Source of the DNA: Callorhinchus milii | Lineage: Eukaryota | DNA length: 64,000 nucleotides | Reading direction: 5' to 3' | NCBI RefSeq assembly: GCF_018977255.1 | Contig: NW_024704743.1 | Coordinates: forward strand, 88,166,001 to 88,230,000 | Part shown: in pieces, positions 12,301 to 24,300 of the stretch | Numbering within the stretch: the stretch's first letter is position 1 | Layout of the letters: each line of letters opens with the position of its first letter | Notes under the pieces: model-generated | Databases searched by the model: none | What the model was told of the DNA's origin: nothing | Seen by the model: the letters and a program-made list of their open reading frames with translations, nothing else | Program-made: the position numbers and the translations under genes

Positions 12301-15300
12301 ATTAGTGGAGGTGCCATCCTTTAGGTGGGATGATAAAACTGAGGTTCTGTATGCCTGTTCCGGTAGTGTTAAAGTGGCTGTGTAAGGAAGTATAAAAGGG
12401 GTATAAAAATACCCCCAGAGAGAATAGATGTAAACACAATGTTTAACTTTGATGGACAGGATAGAACTGGAGGATATAGGTTTCCCATAATCGAGCCTTG
12501 AAACAGACTTGAGATTAGAAGAACGGTTTCCCCTTCCCACATCACCCCTGAGTGGATGTGTGAAACAGATTCCCAGCCAAAAGAGTTTATGATGGGTTGA
12601 TTGAAGGACATAGGAGTAGATATGGACTGAGATAATCAAATAGTTCAGTAGATAATTGTGGTACCATGGTTCTGAGACCACGGTCAGGCACGTGGAGTTT
12701 GAGAAACGTTCCCTTTGATGAGGTAGGCTTGAAAAAATAATGAAGATTCTGAAAGTTTACTAATGTGCCTTTGGATATCAGGGGTATTTATGCAGGATTT
12801 TCATTCTGGAGATTAAATAGCTCTGTAATTGTAGATGGCAAATGGTCTGTGGAAGGAGATGACATGAAGGGACTTTTTGTGATTCCAAATTATACCCAGT
12901 AGTAGTAATAATTAGCACTTATTTAACATCATATTTGTGAAAATGAGTCTCAAAGTGTTTGATAAAATATAATTGATTAGAAATGAAGTAACTGTTATAT
13001 AGCAACTAATCTATGGTAGAAACGTCCCAATAACAGCTTGCATTCATGTATACCCTTCGTGCTGGTAGCAACTTGGAGCACTTGAACAATGAGAAAAGCA
13101 ATCAAATGAATTAAAATTTCGGGTATATTTGGATTGTGAGAGGCATAGGAAGCTGGACAGCCTGTATACAGAGAGTAACTGTACTGGTGTATGGTAATGG
13201 TACTGATTCATTCCATTTCAGTTTATAAATAGCCCAAACTTTTACCAATATATGTACTATATATAGGCTTCGCGAATATAGTGGATAGGTTGTCAGCACT
13301 TTAATTTGCTAGACCTCTTGCCTCCGAGTAAAACAACATGGTGGGTTCAAGCTCCACATCGGGACTTTAAGCTGACAATCTAGGCTGATGCTCCTGTGCA
13401 GTGTTGAAGGTGCTGTCCTTCGGTTGAGACGTTCAACCGAGAACCCATCTACCTGTTCAGGTGGATGTTAAACATCCAGTGGCACTATTCAAAAAAACAG
13501 GTTGATGTTTACTGTTATTATCCATAAGGCAAACAAATGTTGTTCATTGAAAAATAAATTGCTATCTTTAAACTTGAATGAACAATGAAAACATGATCTT
13601 CTTGCATCTTTAACAGTGGTGTTTTCAGATAACCAAGAGAACACCAGCTGCCCTCAACACATTGGTAAAATATAAAATCGTACAAATCACACAGGATATG
13701 TGTGACACATACCAGGACAGGTCTGCTGCAAACACAAAACTAAAAGTTATTTTTATATTTATAACAGATATGTTATCTATTATATATATTATGTTTATAA
13801 GGCAGATGAACAGATTAGTAGCGTACTGACATTATAATCCTTGCATTTGATATAGTGCTTTCACTTCAGGAGGACGTCTGAAAATGCTTGACAGGATTTT
13901 CTGTGAAGTGTAGTGACTATTTTTGTAAGTGAACACAGCAGAACAATGTCCCACGAACACAATGAAGCGAATCACCAATTTTATCTGGGGGATTGTTGAT
14001 CAGGATATCAGGAGAAACGCTTCTCCTTTTGAACAGTGGTATTGGGTTTTTGACATCCACCTGAATAGGCAGACAGGAAATTGGTTACAGTTTCATCCAA
14101 AGGGCAGTGCTCTGACAATGCATCACACATACATGTATTGGGATGTCAACCTACGAGTTCAAAGTCCTGACATTGGGCTTGAACTCGCAGTCAAACTCTG
14201 AGGTGAGAGTGCTATCAACTGAGCCAGACTGACACTTGCCTTGCAAACTCAACAATTTTAGAATATTTCCTTTTGAATTGGAATTATTATCAGTACAGTG
14301 CTTTGGTGTTTAAAGAGATTAGCAAAACAAAATGACCCGTGTGGAGGCTCAAAATTATACTGGATTTGGAAACGTCTCATAATTATATTCCAGACGCAAG
14401 TTTCAATCATTTAAATTCTAACCTGCTGTATGTAGGCTTGAAAGTTTTGTTTTCCTCTTATGCCTATATTATTTATGCATTTTGTATTGCATTAAGTGCA
14501 CATACCTCATAATGCTTGCTTTGTTTATTGCAGGAGTAAAAATTAAATTTGATTTATTGCAATGTGTAAAATCAAGTGAGCTCTTAATTATGAGACTGAG
14601 GGTGGGACTTCCTATCTGGCTGTGATTTGTTTTTTCAGGATAAAAATTGATATCTAGATTGGAAACCAAAGGCGTCTACAGTAGCCAGAAAAAGGACAGA
14701 AGAAATTAGCTGAGGACTAACAAACAATTGGAATGCCTCAAGTAGAATAGAAAATCCAGCCTTATAGAGAAATAAACTTTCATTTGAATAGAGCTATGGG
14801 GAGATAGCCAAAAATGTGACTGTCCTCAGCTGCTATTTCTGAGTCAGGGTATTGTCTCCCAAGAGCTCTTATCTCAAATTCCTGTATATGAACTGCTGCT
14901 TGCTCATTTCCTAAGGACAAAATAGCGGACCTGCAAAATGATACCAGGTAGTGCTTCAGAGACAGGCTTTACTACCTAAAGCACAGCAGAAAGTGAAATC
15001 GGTTCAGATTCCTTTGCAGTTAATATTTTGCGCCATATTTTATAATAGCCTTAACTACAATGAAGCAAACTCTTAAGACCAATTATTTGAAGATTGAGAA
15101 TGTTCATCTTTAATGCAGGCCAAGAGAGAATCCTAGTGTTGTGGGGTTAATAAGTTGGTGCTGGTAGACAGCCTCTCTTTGCTATTAGTGTCAAAGTATT
15201 TCTGAAGTTTGCTGAAGATATCTAGTGGACGGTGCTGGGTGCTATCTGAGATGCAGTGGTGCCTCGCTGTATCTTGCATCCACTCTGGTTGGAGGGGCCC

Positions 15301-18300
15301 ATTATTCTCCATCAAAAATCCCTCAGATTCTGTTGCACATAAACCTTTCCACATAGGTTGGAAGCTCTGCAGCTCTAGTATCAAAGGGACATCATATTGC
15401 TGTCTATTTGCTGGACATCCAATCTTCAATATCCTCACTTAACTAAATGTTAGTATGGTACAGGAAACGGGCTTGATAATACTTGCTAATATGAACTAGT
15501 TTAGAAGTGTTTAAAAGGCCCTGGTTGCACAATGATTGGAACAACTGGTTACTTTGAAACGGTAAGGAGTAGGTCTTTAAGCAATGTAGACAAAATCACA
15601 GTATGATGAAAATATTTCATCTCTTTGAGTCCGTCTCAACCATAGTATTGGACAGTCCTTGTGTATGGAAAATGGTTTGTGCACAGAAGTATTTGAGGTG
15701 ATGCAAGATTTGTTGATAACAGTTGATCTTACGTGAGCTTCAGTCTACTTATCCTATGATGGGGAGGGGGAAAGCTGTACTGTACGTAACATTGCTTTGG
15801 AGTTACTCATTTGTACTATTTTTATTCACTGACCTTTAGTAAATTTGCACAAGCTGTTGTATAGCCCAGAGGAACCGCAGCATTAGAAGCTCTGAAAGAT
15901 TTTTAACCATGTGCTGGGCACTCTTTGTTTACATTGTGTCCAGACAAATTGATCGAGAAGGACTTCTTGTAATGAACTCTGCGCAGAACTTTATTTTGGA
16001 GGGATAGATTTGAAGCGGATTAACTCTTTGTTTCCCAGCTGTGTGTCTGCCAAAATATCTGGAGGAATCCAGTTAGCTATGAGACGAATTTGGCTATCGT
16101 TCAAGCGATTGAAATGTAAATATTAGACCTTTTTTGATCTATCGGATCTCCTCTAGCATAGAAGATCAGGCTATAAAATATATATTGGACACTTTAATGC
16201 TTCTGTACTAAAGAGTAATCTTATTTTTGATCTTTCAGAATGTATGTTAAACTGTTTTTAGTACCATAATACTGTATACGGTGCTTGTATGAGCATTAAG
16301 CAGGCTGCTTATTGAAATCTCTTGTATGTACAATATAAGGTGCATTACAATATGTACTACTTTGACCATGTCTTCAGTCATCTTTTCCCTCCCCACCCAT
16401 CTGTTTCCACCCCCAGCACGGATGCTCACCAGTAGTGTTGAGTACTTTGGGACGTCCTCCTGTACAATATGTGGCGAGTTTGGTTTACTTAGTTACCTTT
16501 GCTACCCAACCCCCCCCAACAAAAAAAGCACTTTAAGCATTTGTAAGAGTATAATTCACCATTAGTGATCTTTTGATCTAAAATGCCCCCAATTTCATCT
16601 TTCCTCCCACAGGTCATAGCCTCACTCTTTTTTGACTGTATTTTGAAAACTCCTAATCTACCAAGCAGAGCCTGCAGTTCTAACACATTGGAATGATGTT
16701 TTTGCATCCATGGCCCAGTGTAAGGGATTTAAAATATGAAGTTTGTGAGATGCTTGTATTACATGAAGCTGTTTTGAAAGTGCTCTGCATTTATTACTGT
16801 GTTCCAATGAATGACATGCGTTCAAAATGTTCTTTGTAAGGGCGAGGAAAGCTTCACAACGCTTATCATATGCATCTGATTTATCACTGTTTTGAACTAA
16901 AGCATGTTGTCTACATAAAGCAGGATGTTTTCGTAGCTAGATGGTTTCAAGAAAGAGAGAGAGCGAGCTCTATGTGTCTCTTGTCATGTTTACTTCTGAA
17001 AACGTTTCGATAATAGATCGTGCAGAAGGATAGATTTTTGCATTTTTTCCTGGGAAAATAAGGTAGTATTTCCAGAATATGCTGCAGCCAAGTCGATTTG
17101 TGCTTTCCAGACTGGGCCGCATTCTGGGCCACGTTCTATATGCTCTGTGTATGGCTGCATTGTGTGTGTAAGCTGTATTCCATATAAGGCTGTACTGTAT
17201 GCTTTCCAGAGGTGGGTGGTTGAGAAAACAATATTTTTTTGTTGATGCTCCAGCCAGTTCCAACGGAAGCAGATATGCATTTCTGTGGAGCCGTAGCACG
17301 GGTCAGACTCATACACAACATTCCTGCTTCCGTGTTTAATAACCCGAGCAGCAAAACATCCAGTGGCAAGTGTGTGAAAACTCGGTATCTTGGGCAGCAG
17401 TTTGTTGCTCTGACATCCTGCAAGCCAGTCCTGTCTGTCCACAAACGTCAGGGCTGGTTCCTGACACCAGGCTATCTCTGCCTGGCCTGGGTTCCTTTCA
17501 TTCAGGATTCATTGTGTGGAAGAGGGTTTGGTCAGGAATTCGGGTTCCTGCCAGGAGTGTTCTCTCCCAGCCCCTTCAGCACTGACAGATGCCTGTTGTT
17601 GTGGACAAAAGAATTGGCTCTTTGCTCCTCTGTACCTCCCTGTATCCGAGGATAGAATTTTTTGCACCATCTATAGTGCTGCAGCAGAGCAAGAAAAGAA
17701 AACAATATAAAGCTAAGTGAAATAAATGTAGGTGTTTCAAAGGGTAGATTGACAATTTAGTGGATTACAAGTAAAACAGTAATAGAAAGAATAGTTTGTG
17801 ATTGCCTTATTCTTGCTACATGCCCAGGTTTATTTGGGTTTTGTACTTTCTGTGCATATTTGATTGTTTTAAATATTTGAAAACATTTTGCTCACTAACC
17901 TGATAATATGCTTAAAACAAATTTAGCTGTGATCTTTTAAATAAGGCTTAGAATTGAAGAGGTAACAATTCTGTCTGGCTGTGAGTAGCAGATGATGTAA
18001 AAATCTTAGTCGGTAATGAGCCTTCTAGGTAGTTTTCTGCAGTTCTTTGTTTTTTTGCAGGCAATGGTGTCTGGAGTACTTTGAGCAGCTGATGCTTGCC
18101 AACACTCACTTTGCTTATTGTGCTGTATTACTAGCTCCACCTTGTGGATTTATAGTGCAGTTGTTGGATTAAATTACACAACCTTTTTCCGCAGTTGGGG
18201 GAATGGTTTGATGTTTAAATATGTGTTTTTTTTAAAAAATGCAGTTTTTTTAATATGCACAACGTATTTGACAATGTTAGAGAACCCACGTGTAATATGC

Positions 18301-21300
18301 ACTTTTCACATAGTTATTGGGAGGTTGCACCAAGCTGTATATGTTTGAACTGTTTTTATTATAGATTTGGAAAGTTTAGAGTAGTAATAATACTTGCATT
18401 TGATATAGCACCTTATCTCATCTCCAAGATGTCTCAAAATGTTTCGCAGAATATAGTGTTAAGTGAATTGACTGTATATTTTGTGGGCAAAATATTGCCC
18501 ACAAAATATAAAGCAAGTAACAGGAATAAGCAAGCTTTCAGAAAGTAGAGCATTTCTAAAGGCCTGTCTTTTAATATGCAAGGCTGTTTTTATTCTTTCA
18601 TTAGTCTAACCAAAAAAGACATTCAGTCATTAGTGTCATTTGCAATCCAGAACAATCGGGCATAACATTTGAAAATTAGTTTGTCACGAGCAGATAACAG
18701 CACGGGGAAGCTTTGAAATCTTGCCTGCAGTGTGGTGTGGGGGTAGCTTTCAGTGAAAGCGGTCCAGATGGCAGCCAGCACAGTGTAGTCCTATGTTTTT
18801 TTGTCTCTAGTGCAGAGGAGGGAAAGTTCACTGGAGCATAAGCTATCACCCTTGCATTTCAACAGAGCTAACTCATCATCAGTCAGATAATAAGGAAGGG
18901 GGGGGGATGAATGACTGAGCTTGAAGAGAAGCACTTCAGCTGTGGTACTGCAGAAGCACAGGAAACTGAACAACACCCTTGGCTTGTTTATGAAGACGTG
19001 CAAGAACTGTCCCTCCCTGACAGATTTCACATGGGTGGGTCAGCCGTGCCAGCAGGAGGCTTTAAGAAAACACTAATAGCTTCCAGCTGTGTGGAAAATC
19101 AGACTCTTTAGAGTCAAAAATGGCAGATTTGAATGTCAAAGCATGCTAATGCCTTCATTTTTTTTGTTCACTACCATTTGGGCATAAAAGATTATTTTCC
19201 AATATGTCAAGCCAATTGATAGCCAGTGGTCCGAGAATGAAAGGGAAACAAGCAAGCGAGGAAATTTGTACATTGGGGCGTCCGCCCTCCAAGCTGGTGT
19301 CACTTTGTGGAAAGACCCACCAAGGGGATGAGGGGATCTTATGACCATTCATCAATTGATCATTGGCTGATCATTGAGTGCTGCATCATTCAGTTTATCA
19401 AGTCTTGCACAAAAGGCAGAAAGGCCTTCATTCGACTTTGTTAAAGCAAACTCTTGGAGTAAAATGCTTTATTTGAATTCATTTTGCCCTTTTTTATTAT
19501 TCTTTTTTTCCCCCTCTTTTGTTAATGCAGCCTAAATTAAATGAGCCCCTTTATTCGGTGGTTTGAATATCTGAAACTTTTAATTCCTTTTTGAAAGCCC
19601 CAATGGGAAGCCAGAGCAGATGGAGGTAAAAAGGTATTTGTTGGAAGTATTGCTTTCAATTTGTGTCAATGAGGTTTCAGGTCTTTTGAATTAACTCACT
19701 TAATACCTACTGTGTGAAGTCATGAATTCACAATGTATCAGATGTGTGTTGGTAATTAGTGGCTAAAAGTAGAGAAGGAAAGTTGAGCTGACTTGTAGGA
19801 AGTTAGTATAAGTACATTGTTACAATGCCATGGCTTTAGAGTGCACTTGAATTTTTTTTTGCTCTCTGTAGGTAAGCAATATTAAAATCATTTTGGATCT
19901 GTCAGTACCTGTATTCATTTTTCTATTACTCTATTATTAACCTGATCTCCCGTCTTTATTTTGAAGTATTTTATACATGAGATGATAATCTTGCTTATTT
20001 GAGCTAAAAGCCTATTTCTTGCTCTGCTGATTTCAATAATGACACAGTAGCTCCTCAAAGTGACCTTTTTGTTTAACACTGCCGTTTAATTGGCAAATAC
20101 AGTTTGCCACTAACTATTCACAACTGGCTAAAAGTTTTAGATGGGCATAGTCATATCTGGGACACAAATCGTAAGGATTTAAAATTGAGATTTTATCTCT
20201 AAGCATTAAAACAAAATCTGAATTGACCCCAGCATTTTTAGAGCAGAACCCACTATCATTAGGTTGAATCCACTCTTAGTTACATTAAACTCTTGAATTT
20301 GTGTGTTGAGTGCTGGGGGCCAGGACTGATCTTGGCCACTTTTTAACATCTAATGATATTCCTGTCATTTGACAAAGCGCTTTATATCTTTGAAATATCT
20401 CAAAACATTTCAAAGGATTTTAGATAAAGTGTATTTTGTAGATGAATGAGGCAGCTAATTTGCACCCAGCAATGCCCCACGTACAACCATGGAGCAAATG
20501 ACCAATTTTATCTGGAGGCTTGTTGGCCAGGAGACAGAGAGAAATTCCCTTCTCTTTGAAATAGCGTCATGGGATCTTTTACATCCACGTGAACACGCAG
20601 ACAGGACTTTGGTTTAACACCTCAGGTGCCCTTCAACAATGGTGCCTCTTTAAATTTCCAAATGCTAGTGAATTCCCAGGTAATCTTATTCCAGCAATCA
20701 AAGTGACTTTCTCTCTTCTGCCCCCCCCCAAACTATTAATATCTATGGTAGTCAAATTGCAGTTAAATGTTCTGATTACAAAGCACAGCTTTTCTTGAAG
20801 CAAACTGAACTGGAGAGAGACTGCTACATGTGTGGCATCTTTTCTTGTAATTAAATAACCTGGGGATAAAAGCCTGGTGCAGCTGAGGGTTACAAGAAAC
20901 ACTGGAGGAGTATCCAATGCACAGGCATCCTGGTCTTGTCATCCCTTTCTCTGATAGACTACTAGGTGAGAATCCCAAGTGAATCAATTCATGTTAATGT
21001 GCATCAATTTGAAGCAGCAATTACTGTTGTGAAGGTCCGGTTCTGTCACTTAGAAAAGCCGCTTCAAAAAGAAACAAAAAAAAACACCCCAAACGGCTCA
21101 TGGTTTATAAATCCATGTCTGTGGTACAGTCCTTTGATAGTCTGCGTTGTTGAAGGGCTGACAATTATTGCTGTTCACAACCCTTTAAGGTGCTTCTGAC
21201 TACACCGGCTTTTTTTTAAGAGCTGCATTACATTAGGAAACAGCCTATTGGCTGCAGCAGTGCTGTGAGTGTTTGTTAACTGACATCAGTTGTCAGAGAG

Positions 21301-24300
21301 CCATGGATTGATCCATATGTGAACAGAGCATATTCATAGCTCTGAAAAAAGGTCAGTTTTTCCTGTGTTCCCACATGGATTTCATCAGTGGTTTAAGGCG
21401 GCTACAGGGGAAAAAAATGCATTTGCATTGACAGAGGCTGAATGCTGGGAGATCTGCATTCAGACACATGTGAATCATATGCTGTAAGGAAGGCAGAAGG
21501 AATGCCACAAGCAACGTAGTGAAAGGATTGCAGAGTGAAGAAAACAACTCGCAGAAGGGAAGGTGTACATTTTTTTTGTCTTGCAAGAAACGGCACAGCT
21601 TAATCTGAGGTCTTCCACAATAATATCCTTGTGTTTTGGCATCTTCTTCAATCCTCCTCTGCGCTGGAGCTAGGAAAGAAAGGTACAGTAAAACAACTCA
21701 GATGAGGGTCTCAGGCAGAGATAATTTGTGCACACGTCCATGTCATTGTTCTGCCTGAAGAGACTGGGCTTGGTTCAAGGCCACATGTGCTCCTGTCATC
21801 ATTCACATTTCTGCTCCAAGTACAATTCGGAGTGTCAGTTCTCCATCTGTCTTTGCCTGGCAAAGCACGCACCCAGTTTCCTGCCTCTAGCTAGGGTGCC
21901 GCAGCAAGCCTTATGGCTGTTCGTTTTCTCCTCATTCCAGAGCAGAAGGCAGTAGGAATACTGACTACAGTTTTGCATGTTCGTCTATTTTAAGAAAGAG
22001 GGTTAAAGGTGTGTAGCTCATTCGGTAATGCCAGGTGAGTCTTACAGAGGAGACCCGTTCACTATTTAACATTGATGGGATCTTTTGTAGCTGTGATCGA
22101 CCTAGAAGTGAAATATAACCATTTATTGACTTGCTAAAAATGCTTTTGTATAATGCTCCCTGTGTATGTTCATTTTATCAGCAGCACACACAGAGTGCAT
22201 ATGAACTGTTAAGTCATGTGGCTGATAGTGTCTATTTTCTTAAGATAAAATATTTATTGGGAGAGACTGAAAGTGCACAGCTGTCTGTTTACAGATTATT
22301 TGGTTAGAAATCCAGAAGTGGCTGCAGTTCGGAGAAGAGCACACTTTGTAGATGGTGTTTTGAAATTTTAGCTGTCTGCGTGCATTGTTATGTGCAAGCG
22401 TTACTAGTTGTGCAACCTTTTGCTCAGTTTTTGTTGTTGTTGTGCAGTCTTTATTCAGCCGATTTCATCTTGCAGATCTAGTGAATGATGCACGTTACGG
22501 CTGTACTGTTGCGTAGTGTACTGTGTGTTTCCGACACCTTTGCTAACAATAGGTTTCAGCCTAGAGTGCCCACGTTCTGCCTTGTGTTGTGGGATATTTG
22601 AAAGCTAGTGACAGTGCTGCAATGTCAGTTGTATACTCTAAGCTCTTGTAATGTGGTATATAATATGTAAATGACAGCTGTGTGTAACCGCTAGCATGTG
22701 CAGGGTTCGATCTACTTGAACATATCTGACACTTGGCTATTTTTTGACACCCCTCTGTACTTTGGTCTCCATTAGGATGAAGTCTTCACAGTTTGCTCCT
22801 AGTGCTGCAATTAAATGCCTTTTCACTGGGAGTAGCATTTCCATCGTGACAATAGCATTTTTTAAAGCCAGCAACCGGGCCGTCGATTCTAGCAGCACAA
22901 CTGCTAATTTGAAGCCATCTTCTAACGAAGAGCTTGCGGTAGCTCAGCTGGACAAGCTGAATTATTCTGTAACGGTCGACGACAGCGTTCACTTAGGGGA
23001 CTTGCAGCTCTTCCATTTGCTCTGGGAGTGTGGACGTACTGTGGAAGCCTTTATTTTCCAGCAGATCAGTTCAAAGCACGGCATTTGTTCGCCTTGAATT
23101 CCTGCCTTCTGCCTTGCTGCGATAACTTTGACCAGTGCGATTGCATGAGAGGTGCCGAGGGTTGACATCAGAATGCACAGAGAGGCTTCCCTGAGCATTA
23201 CACATCTATGTTCCACTGTGGAAATGGAAACTAAATGGCACTGACTATTTTTATGAACCGTGACGAGTTTTTTTTCCAAAAAGTTGAATGATCTATAAAA
23301 TGTCAAGCTGTTTTAAGAATGATCATTACAGTTGAACTGGGAAAATAAAAATTACAAAATATTACAGAATATACAACAGCTGCACCCTCTACATCCTAAT
23401 TTCTTCCCCGCTTTCTCCCCCAACTCCCGTTACAGCATTAATGGGGACAGAGCCTCCCTTTGGCCTTTTAGTTCTGTTATCTGTCCCTTGTTTCTGTCAG
23501 CACATTAAATGTGATACAACTTTTGTTTTTAATTATTGCAAATTAATAATTGAGCAGATCTGTGTCTCTGGGAGTCTTGCCATTAAAAGAGATATATGGG
23601 ACATATATTGGAGTGTTCCGATATTGTGTGTTCAGAAATAAGACAGGTAAGCAATTTGTAATGGTGGTGGTATGTAGGGGACTGTTCCAGTCAGGGGGCT
23701 ACTGTAGGAATACAATTCTACAAAGCAATTCTTACAGTACTTCCAGATGCAGGCTTATAAATACTGAACCATTAACGCATCTGGCATTGCTCAGGGTCAT
23801 TTCCGTGAAAGACCATCAGTGATCATGGTCATTGTAGTACAAAATGATACTGTTCTGTTAGAAATGTCCTGGCACTAGGTCAGACCACCCTCTTAACTTC
23901 TGCTGTCCAGATGTGGCCACAGCTTTCTTTCTTTACATTTCAAAAATGGTTCTGTTTTCAGAATATGGTTCTACTTAGGACATCTCCATCCTGGGGCGCA
24001 TTTCATAAATTGTCCACATATTTTTCTTAGCAGAGAACTTAACTGGCTGTAATTTTTAACACATGGCTGTGTCATGTGATATTTTCAAAACACTTGCAGA
24101 CAGCACTGAGTGAGTCCCAGTAGAAATAAACAGCCATTCTGCCGCCAGTCTTTTTTTAATGAATAAAAGGTCTATCTGCAATATCCGTTTGGATATTTTT
24201 ATATATATATATGTATACAGAAAAAAACTTGGTAGATTCTGTGTGACGTAGGATTAAAATTAAGGTCTTGATATTTTTCTTGTGATATTTTCTATTCAGC

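Noticed and set aside
16947..17710. Cluster of overlapping 60-150 aa ORFs on both strands
   Set aside because: No recognisable domain, splice structure or coding-like composition; likely chance ORFs.
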